DNA of 64,000 bases from Paraspadella gotoi. Taxonomy: Eukaryota; Animalia; Chaetognatha. The stretch lies in assembly GCA_051294375.1 (NCBI GenBank), contig CM119265.1:2911256-2975255 (forward strand), given 5' to 3'. Below are positions 51,481-64,000 of this stretch, in pieces (the first letter of the stretch is position 1; the number at the start of each line of letters is the position of its first letter). The position numbers and the translations under genes are program-made. Below the pieces are notes generated by a model. That model was not told the origin of the DNA and made no database searches. It worked only from the letters and a program-made list of their open reading frames with translations.

Positions 51481-52280
51481 TCACAGATGGTTATTTTTTC
51501 GGGGCGATAGATGGTCGTTTGTGATTTTGGTTGGTGGCGGTAACGTTCGGGCGTAAGACCGTATAGGGATAGATTGACGAAAAGGTTCCAGAGTTTTGAA
51601 TATGCTCTGTATGGTGATCAGTGATTACTCTCTCTCTCTCTCTCTCTCTCTCTCTNNNNNNNNNNNNNNNNNNNNNNNNNNNNNNNNNNNNNNNNNNNNN
51701 NNNNNNNNNNNNNNNNNNNNNNNNNNNNNNNNNNNNNNNNNNNNNNNNNNNNNNNNNNNNNNNNNNNNNNNNNNNNNNNNNNNNNNNNNNNNNNNNNNNN
51801 NNNNNNNNNNNNNNNNNNNNNNNNNNNNNNNNNNNNNNNNNNNNNNNNNNGCTTCGCAGGGCGAGACGAGCCAATGAATGGGGCAACACGTGGAACCAGA
51901 CAGAAACGAGATTAGCGGAATAACATCGAGGGATTCTAATCTAATTTTAATCTAGAGAAGAAAAAAATTAAAATAGTTAGTCACTTTTTAGTAGACGTAT
52001 TAAAAATAATTATATTAAATTTTATATACATTTTGGGGGAGAGTTTTGTGTCGTCATTGTTATTTTATTTCACAAGAGGTTTGAATTTTTTTGGCTGTGA
52101 GCCTCACCTATTCACAAATCACGGAATGTAAAGAGAGAGAAAGTGTGTGTGTGTGTTAGTGTGTGAGAATGGGAAAGAGAGAGTGAGAGACGGAGACATG
52201 AGTCACGTTCACACAAAAGGAAATGAGGGCTCGAGTCCTCAAAATCAAGAGATTATCAAGAGAAATCATCTCGAATGGAA

Positions 52281-52397
<117 letters not shown>

Positions 52398-52687
52398 CTT
52401 TTCGCTTTATGTTTCTTTTGTAACGAAAATTTTTCTTCAAATAAACAAATGTTTTATCAAACATTTCCTGTTTTTTTTTTTTCGGAAAAAAACGAAAACA
52501 AATACAAGATTTTTTTTGTTTAACGAATTTCTGTGATTGGTTTTTAAAAATCTGACAGGAAACAGATGTGAAGCCGGTGAGAGGTGAACGTTTTCCACGG
52601 TTGTTTGTTTGAAAGTTAAAAAGTATTTTTTTACTAATTATTTTTCTTTTATTTGCAGTCGATTGGTACTTCAATTTAGCTGACATT

Positions 52688-52749
<62 letters not shown>

Positions 52750-52816
52750 ATTTGTTTTCTTGCATCCTTATACTTGGGTCAGCCTTTCCAAAAACACCGG
52801 CTGAAACTAAGACCAC

Positions 52817-54814
52817 CCCGAACCCGGACCCGCCCCGGCGCACCCGAAATCGCGTCGACTGGCCGCGACCCGAGTCCTGACCTCGAAATGAGACTTTTTA
52901 CCGCCTCTCATTTTTACCATTTTCTGGGACACCAGGGGAGAAGAAGGGGGGAGGAGGAAGAGGAAGAGGAGAGGAAAGATTCGCCCTAGATTGGAGTGAA
53001 TCTGGAGGCGATCTTCCCGCGGAATTCAAAGTCGCGCAACTTAAAACGAATCACCACCTTTAATAATCGGGTCATATTGTTCATCGGAGAGATTACATTC
53101 GGAGGCCTTAAACCACCAAAGCCTGTCCAAAGTAGGGCAAGGATAGCTTATTTATTAATGAATGGATAATTTCGACGGTCTGATAAAGGCTTTAAAATGT
53201 GTTCTTTTTTTTGGGGTTACTTCGTCTGTCTTTTTAATGACCTTTAATAATTTTCATTTTTAATTTTTATTTCTACTGTGACCCTTTAATAGTTCATAGT
53301 TATAGTTCATGAGTAGTATGAGTATATGAAATTGGTACACACAATATAAAATATTAAAAAAAATAAAAATATACGTAGTTCTTAAAACTCACAGGAAAAA
53401 CCGCTTGATTAAATGCTACGTAACCCGTTTTTACAACAATTACAATGAATTAATATTTCATAACACAAAGAGTTGTGCCAACTGAGCTTTTTTTGGATCA
53501 CGCGATTATTTTTTTCTTTAGCATAACATTACTTACATTACATGACATACTGTCAGGAGTCAACTTGCTGTGAGTCTTAATTCAATTTTCAGGGATCTTT
53601 TTTATGTATTATCTTGTGAGAGGGATGAGAGCCCTAAACCCACATGCTGTCCAAAGTAAGGGGCAAGATACCGTTAATGAGATAAATAATTTTTATATTG
53701 GTTGTATCAATTTAATTTACATATCATTTACATTAAATTACTCTTATAATCTCTCTCTTAATCTACCCAGCAAATTTGACTTAGACTAGCGACAGAAGTC
53801 AAGCAACCCTCACCCCAAACCTCACCTCCCCAATTATACTCACCCTTCTTCTTCGTGCTGGAACGCCTTCACCAACTTCCCTCAACCCCTTGGCGTGCTC
53901 CAGCTCAGCTCCGCCCTCTGACGACGAATTGGCCGAATCGCTCGCTGAATTCGATCCCTCGCTCGCGTCGCGCGGACGAAGTGTCCAGTGATCCTTGGAG
54001 AGCGGATGCAGGTCGAAGCTCGTCAGTACATCGTCAATTCGGGGAGAGAGGCGTTTCAACGAAGGTTCTGAGGGGTGGTTGCGATGTGATAGGAGTTGGC
54101 GATTTAAACTGGAGGCTAACGAAGGTTTTGCGGTTCGAGTTAAAGAGAGAAAAGTGAGTCATTAATCCCCTCGTTGTCGTTGTTGTTGTTACGTTCATCG
54201 CACAAATTATTTCTTATCGTCGCATTTTGATATTACTTAGAATTTCGGGTCGGGCTCTGTTGTAGTTTGTTGTTGTCGTTGTAGTAGTTGCCCTTTTTTT
54301 TTAGTTCCGCTGCCTCGAGGCTTCGATATTTGATTTATTCTTTCAATATTTTATCGCTCAGAAAATATTTTCTAGGCGTTCCAGGAATATTTCAGTTTTG
54401 CTCGTAAATATTTGAAGGAGTTCTTGGAAGTTTTTGAGAAAAAAAAAGTTCTTGGTCAGTGGAGCCGTGCAGTGGCGTGTCACTCTTACGCAGTGGCAAT
54501 CGTCGCAGTGGCAGTGTCACTCTTACGCAGTGGCAATCAACCTGATAAATGTGTTACGATTTTTTCAGTTCGAATTTTGTAATTTGTGAATCCGTTAATT
54601 TGTGAATATGTATCTAAATATGTATATTTGCATCCGCAAATTAACATATTGTAAATGCATAAATCTTTGAATGTGTTTCTTCAATCTGTAAATTTGTAAG
54701 TTGTAATCTATAAATCTTAATTGTGATCCGTGAATCATTAAATGGAAGTCTCGCTCTCAGCGAAGTCACGTCTTGTCGTTCATCCATTACGATTAAAATT
54801 TTGAGAGAGAGAGA

Positions 54815-54865
<51 letters not shown>

Positions 54866-55262
54866 GAGAGAGAGATGGTTTCCCGTGATTCTGTGTGTTG
54901 GGGTTTTTTCTGCGGCGTGTTAGTTTAGTTGAATCTGGGAGATAAAGATAGAGGAAGAGAGAGGAGATAGAGGAAGAGAGAGAGATAGAGAAGATGAGGA
55001 GAGAGAGGAAAGAGAGAGAGAGGAGGAGAGGAGAGAAGAGAGAGAGAGAGAGAGAGAGGAGAGAAGAGAGAAATATCGATCATTACACAAAGAAGATTAT
55101 GATATACCAGTATTATCCGCATCGAAAGAAAAATGAAGGATTTTATTGCCAAAATCGATTCCCACGAAATAAAAAAAAGATGTACAAATTTCTTATCGAT
55201 TGAATGTCAACTTTGCCAACGAAAGTCTTCGTAGTCGTTCGTCATCTCTCTCTCTCTCTCAT

Positions 55263-55310
<48 letters not shown>

Positions 55311-56975
55311 ATCTCTCTCTCTCTCTCTCTCTTCTAACCGAAAGGAGATTGAAAAGTTAAAAGCAAACAGACACACAACTTAAAAACTCATTTATGCGTG
55401 ACTTCTCCATTAGAGCAGAGAGATGTAATTTTGAGTAAATAGAGAGAAAGCGAAAGAGAAAGAGAAGAGAAAAAAAAGAGAAAAAAAAAGAGAATTGTGA
55501 AGAGAGAAAAAAAGAGAAAAGAAAAGAGAAAAGAAAAAGAAAAATAAGGGAAGAGAAAAGAGGGAAGGAAAGAAAAGAAAAAAGAAAAAAAAGAAAGAGA
55601 AAAAAGAAAAGAAGAGAAAAGAGAAAGAAAGAGAAAAAGAAAGAAAGAGAAAAGAAAGAAGAGAAGAAAAAGAAAGAAAAAGAAAAGGAAGAAAAGAAAA
55701 GAAGAAAAAAGAAAGAAAGAGAAAGAAAGAAAAAAAGAAAGAAGAGAAAAGAAAAGAAAGAGAAAAAGAAAAGAAAGAGAAAAAGAAAAGAAAGAAAAAA
55801 AGAAAAGAAAGAGAAAAGAAAGAAAGAGAAAAAGAAAAGAAGAGAAAAAAAAGAAAGAAAAAAGGGAAAAGAAGAGAAAAAGAAAGAAAGAATGAGGCAG
55901 AGAATCAAGTTGAAAAACCGGGGGAGACCGGAAAAGGATTTTTTTTCTTTTTTTTTCTTTTTTTCTCTTTTTCTTTTTCAATTTACTTTCACACAATTTT
56001 ATTTTTTCTCGCCGTTTAGCCTATCTTTCAGAAGCGCTCCATTTCATCTAAATGGAATTAAATTAATTTTTATGTTTAAATTAAGGATAAGAAACGGATT
56101 AAGTACGGTTAATTATCAGGTTTAAGGATTAGTTAGAGATTAGTTCATTGATTAAGTTTAAATTAAATGATTAAGTATTAAAATTTAGTAATAAAAAAAT
56201 TAGATATTAAAAGTACTTTAAAAAATAAAGGAACTGAAATAGTCCGGTTTTGGAAAAGAGAGTCTCGGTTTTGTCTTAGTAATTTTTTTTTTTCGATTGG
56301 AGAGAGTCGACTTGATCGGGAAAAAAAATATTGAGTAGAGTCGCCAGCGAAATGTCACAATCGACAAACGAAATATCACTGTCAGTGACGAAATCAGTTG
56401 CTGAGTACAATGTCAATGTTGTTGACAAATGGCGGTTGTTCTTACAATGCAATGGCTGTTTATCAGATCGGCGACGAAATGAATATCATTCTTTATGATG
56501 GATTTCGCTTGTTTATGATAAAAATTTAAGTTTTTTGAAAACGGCTTAAATTATGTTTTATATTCATTTGCTTAAATTTAAGCTAATATGCGAAAACCAT
56601 AAATATATTTTAAATTTGAAAAAAATGTTATTTCTGTGCTCTAACCAAAAATAAAAATAAATAAATAAAAACTGTCGGTCGCCTTAAAAGATTAACTCTT
56701 GAATTCCTTAATTCCCTAAGAGACTCCGCATTTAAGGAAAAAAAAACAGTCCCCCAAAAACAAAAAACATAGAAAACAGAAAAAGAGCCGGTTTCTTATT
56801 TTCTTTTTTTTTTTTTTTTTTGTGGCAAAGTCCGCCCTCTTTCACACGGATGACAAATTTCACCGACAATTTTTTACTCTTTTTTCCTTCTTTCTTTCTT
56901 AATCTTAGCCATTCTAAGATTGGAGAGAGAGAGAGGAGAGCGCAATAAGACGCCGTTTTGACAATAACTACTAAG

Positions 56976-57043
<68 letters not shown>

Positions 57044-58031
57044 TATTAATAAAGTTTATGAGGGAGACGGAAGGAAAGCGATAAGATAAAAAGATCGAGT
57101 TTCTAAAGTCAGTATCTTGTTTGATGCTTCGTCTGCTTTTATTATTTCTTCGTTTTTTTTTTTTGTTTTTTTTAGTAAAAAAATTGTTCATGATATCAGT
57201 AGATTTGTAGATTTTGTAATTGTGGTTTTTGGGTTTTTTTTTTTTTTTTTTTTTTCAATTTAATTTTTTCTCTCTTTTCATACTGAAGTTTCAGGGCGAG
57301 GATTCAAAAAAATGGGAAAACATTAAACAGTTCATTCTCTCTCGTCTCTCTCTCTCTCTCTCTCTCTCTCCTTTTAATTCTTTTCTTCCTCCTCTCTCTC
57401 TCTCTCTCTATCTTCTTCCCCTCCACTAAAACTCACTCTTGTTTCGAATCACGGTGAGAAAAATCTCACGCCGTCTCTAAAATCCTGAAATTTCATTGGT
57501 TTTAAAAATATTTTGCCAGTCCCGATTGGTCGGCTCCTCATTTCGCGTCCAACGTCATCAATTTCAATCTTAATCGTTCCGAGCTTCCAATTGTCGGTTA
57601 GATCCGAGAAACAATTCTTCCGATTAGTCAGATCAAGACCCCCGAACTCCATTGGTTCAAATTTTGTTCTCGTCGCGATGCTCGATTCCCATTGGCCGAA
57701 TTCGAGAGAATCTCTCTCGCGACGTGATCGGAGAAAAAGTTGACTCGCGGCTTCGAGGTCTCCGCTTCTGTGGATTCAACGCGACGTCGAATAGGATGGT
57801 CGCCGCCACACCGACGGAATCTTTTATTTGGGGACAACAGATGGCTCGAACGGGTCTTGGGGTGACGAGAGATTTTCGAACGGTCACAGATGTTATTTTT
57901 TCGGGGCGATAGATGGTCGTTTGTGATTTTGGTTGGTGGCGGTAAACGTTCGGGCGTAAGACCGTATAGGGATAGATTGACGAAAAGGGTTCCAGAGTTT
58001 TGAATATGCTCTGTATGTGATCAGTGATTAA

Positions 58032-58065
<34 letters not shown>

Positions 58066-58519
58066 GATGTCCAGAAACTAAAAAACAAAAAAAGCCTCAG
58101 GGTTTTCAGCAGATCTCTCTTTTCGTAGACAGTTGACTCGAGTGGCTTCGCAGGGCGAGACGAGCCAATGAATGGGGCAACACGTGGAACCAGACAGAAA
58201 CGAGATTAGCGAATAACATCGAGGGATTCTAATCTAATTTTAATCTAGAGAAGAAAAAAATTAAAATAGTTAGTCACTTTTAGTAGACGTATTAAAAATA
58301 ATTATATTAATTTTATATACATTTTGGGGGAGAGTTTTTGTGTCGTCATTGTTATTTTATTCACAGAGGTTTGAATTTTTTGGCTGTGAGCCTCACCTAT
58401 TCACAAATCACGGAAGAGAGAGTGAGAGAACGGAGACATGAGTCAGTTCACACAAAAGGAAATGAGGGCTCGAGTCCTCAAAATCAAGAGATTATCAAGA
58501 GAAATCATCTCGAATGGAA

Positions 58520-58593
<74 letters not shown>

Positions 58594-58899
58594 ATCTTTT
58601 CGCTTTAGTTTTTTGTAACGAAAATTTTTCTTCAAATAAACAAATGTTTTATCAAACATTTCCTGTTTTTTTTTTTTCGGAAAAAAACGAAAACAAATAC
58701 AAGATTTTTTTTTGTTTAACGAATTTCTGTGATTGGTTTTTTAAAAATCTGACAGGAAACAGATGTGAAGCCGGTGAGAGGTGAACGTTTTCCACGGTTG
58801 TTTGTTTGAAAGTTAAAAAGTATTTTTTTACTAATTATTTTCTTTTATTTGCAGTCGATTGGTACTTCAATTTAGCTGACATTTCTCTCTTCTTTCTTC

Positions 58900-58943
<44 letters not shown>

Positions 58944-59010
58944 ATTTGTTTTCTTGCATCCTTATACTTGGGTCAGCCTTTCCAAAACACCGGCTGAAAC
59001 TAAGACCACC
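52817..59010 (+). repeat. Noisy tandem duplicate of ~46549-52816 (probable assembly/gap-fill artefact)
   Basis: Collinear copy with abundant 1-nt indels, including a frameshifted copy of the first F-BAR coding exon at ~53840-54030. Confidence 0.85.
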
Positions 59011-59019
59011 AAACATCTG

Positions 59020-59083
<64 letters not shown>

Positions 59084-59384
59084 ANNNNNNNNNNNNNNNN
59101 NNNNNNNNNTCTCTCTCTCTCTCTCTCTCAGTGAGTCAAATCTCTGAGTCAGGGATCGAATCCTCCGGATTAAAAGTTCTTCCTCGAATAAATCATCGAT
59201 CACTTACCCGAACTTACCCGCAGCGAATATTTCCTCTTCCTCAGTCCCCTTCTTACCTGCTCTTTAAAAGCGCATGTAGGTCCGTCGGTCCTTTTGTCCA
59301 ATACCTTTTGTCCAATACCAATATAGAATTATTCATTCATTTAACAAACAAGCTATCTTGCCCCTTAGTGGGTTTAGGCCTCTA

Positions 59385-59537
59385 TCCCTCTTAAGGCCTC
59401 CATCCCTCTTAAGGCCTCCATCCCTCTTTAGGCCTCCATCCCTCTTAAGGCCTCCATCCCTCTTTAGGCCTCCATCCCTCTTAAGGTCTCCATCCCTCTT
59501 AAGGCCCTCATCCCTCTTTAGGCCTCCATCCCTCTTA
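59385..59537. repeat. 21-bp minisatellite (AGGCCTCCATCCCTCTTA)
   Basis: About 7 units inside a copy of the dispersed repeat family. Confidence 0.85.
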
Positions 59538-61174
59538 CAAGATAATAAAATAGCAGGACCTTGCCAGCTTTCAATCAAGACTCTCCTAGACTAGTCTAGC
59601 TTATTCACATTTAACTGCAAGAATACCCAATTATTAAATTGGTATTTTATTTTGATAAATTATTATGACATTAGTAGAATCAATATAAAAATTAACCAAT
59701 GAGCAGGCCTCAGGAATTTTTTTTTTTTTTTTTTTTTGTTCAAATTGCCTTTCTTTTTATGTTTTCCTTCTTGCAAAACAGGAAAATCAGCGAAAATATA
59801 TTTGTGAAGTTCGGTTTTACTTTTTAACGCTTAATTTTCTAGGTTATTTACTCTCTCCTTTGTTTCCTTTAAAACCTTTAAACATTTTTTTGTCTCAGTT
59901 TCTCATTTTCATGTTTAGTTTCTTGAATCTTCAAAAAAAAACTTTGTTATTCTCAATTTCTCTTTTTTGTTCGACATTTGAAGAAAAAATAATCTTAAAA
60001 AAAAGAAAGAAAAAAGAAAATAGGAAAGATTTCGATCGAATTCACGCGCAATGTTTTATCAAATCAAATGCACGCACGATTTTTTTAGCACGCATCTCAC
60101 ATCGAAAGAGTGCACGAGTAAAATTTAAATTTAAACTTTGAAATTCAAGAAATTTGGGGGTTTTTTAAAAATTTGTTTAATTTTTTTAAAATTTTCTTTA
60201 ATTTTTTAATTTTTTTTTTTCTAGGAGAGAGCGCGTTTTCACAAATGTTTTTTTGCCCCGNNNNNNNNNNAGTTCGTAGAACCAAGTGTTAATTAATTCT
60301 CAGGCTTTATCTTCAGTTCTCTCGTGTTCAAACATAAATTCAATCCTTTAAAATATTATTCAACATTTCCCATTCAACATCTCACCAGTATTTGGTCAAA
60401 CATCAAGATCTCTCTTTCTCTCTCACTCAGTGAACCACAAGAGTTTTGGGTCTGATCATTTACTTTTGGACACATAGTGAGACTCATCGAAAGTTTGATG
60501 CAATTTTTTGAGATAAAAAAAACATTTTTAGCCTTTGACGATAGGGACACCCAAAGCTGATTAACAAAGACTTGAAGTTTAATCGAGAAATTCTATTTCG
60601 ATTCGTGTTGGCGTTTGTCTTTTGTTAAATTCGAATCGAGAGGCTCAAAAGACTACGAGATCCATCTCGAGGAAGAGAAAAATGTCGAATTCGCGATTGT
60701 CTTTTGTCTAAATGTAAAAAGCGTTCCTTATTGGGTTATTTTCCTCTTAAATAGCTTTCTTTTTCTAATATCATTAAGACTTGACTGACTCATGACATTT
60801 TTTAAAACGTGAACATCTCACCAGGTCGACTGTGGATGTCGCGCCACATCGACTCATAATTTTTTAAATAATATTTTAGACATAGTATTAAATTTTTCTT
60901 TATCAGCGCTGAGGAAATCTTGTATTGTAAAGTCGAAACATGTCCTGATGAAATAAACCATCGTTGTTGATAAAGAAATTCTTTTTCTCATCCAAATAAG
61001 ATTTTAAAAAGGCAAAAAAATTGCATCAGGCAGGACGATTAAATTTTTTAAAGATTTGTTTAATAGTTTCTGTTAGCACTTAACAGAATAATATGATATT
61101 ATCAACAAAACAATGATACAGGTTACCAAAATAACAATGGCCTTTAATTTAAATATTAGTACAAAAGCCACTCG

Positions 61175-63321
<2,147 letters not shown>

Positions 63322-63589
63322 GATGGGCGTGGCTTTGAAAGAGCAAAACGACGTCAAAGGCTTTGGCGTTGCGGACCAGATGGTCGAGTTTCGTCCGCAA
63401 ATTCGTGAAACGCAAAATCGCGAAGACGACGACGATGACGACGACGACGACGACGAAATCGACGATATGATTTTCATTTGTGATGTGATGTTTTACTACA
63501 GAAATCCTATTCGAAGATTTATGAACTATTTTTTTGAATTTTTTAAAGTCTCTCAGAAACGCATCACTTCATGAGAAGGATCGAGATTG

Positions 63590-63641
<52 letters not shown>

Positions 63642-64000
63642 TTCTTTCCCTCTCGCTCTCTCTCGCTCTCTCCCCCCTCTCTCTCTCTCTCTCTCTCTCT
63701 GCTCCGATCTTTCGAGATGGATTATATCAACGAACCCATGTTTCTTCTCGATCACCGTCGATAACCTATGAGGCCCTCGAAAATTAGATCGAGCATAGCG
63801 CTAAGGACGGTACGGGGCCCCGATAATAAAGCGGAGCTGGGAGTGGGGGAGTGAGGAGGCGTGGCTTGGCGTCAAATCTCAATTTGACGAGATTTAAACT
63901 TAACATTAAAACGAAAAAAAAACGATTCAAAAATAGTTTTTGAAAATCACTTTTCAAAAAAAAGCGAGGGATTATTTTTTTATGGCTAAGCCAAAACCGA

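Noticed and set aside
53799-54157. Second F-BAR gene
   Set aside because: Indel-ridden copy inside the probable artefactual duplication.

Overview
AT-rich, intron-rich animal (invertebrate-type) genomic DNA with many microsatellites, scaffold gaps and signs of noisy gap-filling. All recognisable genes are on the minus strand. (1) A tandem array of three multi-exon DUF229-family (alkaline-phosphatase-superfamily) genes: two appear intact; the third is frameshifted and runs off the window start. (2) An F-BAR+SH3 gene of the CIP4/FBP17/Toca type, with no visible HR1 domain. (3) Nested in one of its introns, an intronless 548-aa 2'-5'-oligoadenylate-synthetase (OAS)-like nucleotidyltransferase with an unfamiliar C-terminal extension, next to a decayed paralog. 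(4) A 7-exon orphan gene for a Cys-rich, probably GPI-anchored protein that the ORF track misses. Introns carry minimal hammerhead-ribozyme motifs, several as inverted pairs and one pair around a Penelope-like GIY-YIG remnant. They also carry tRNA-derived SINEs, a Helentron/HINE-like element with satellite arrays, and MITEs. Segments 377-3450 (inverted) and 52817-59010 (tandem) are probably assembly artefacts. Gene models were spliced by hand from splice sites and frame continuity; no database searches were run.
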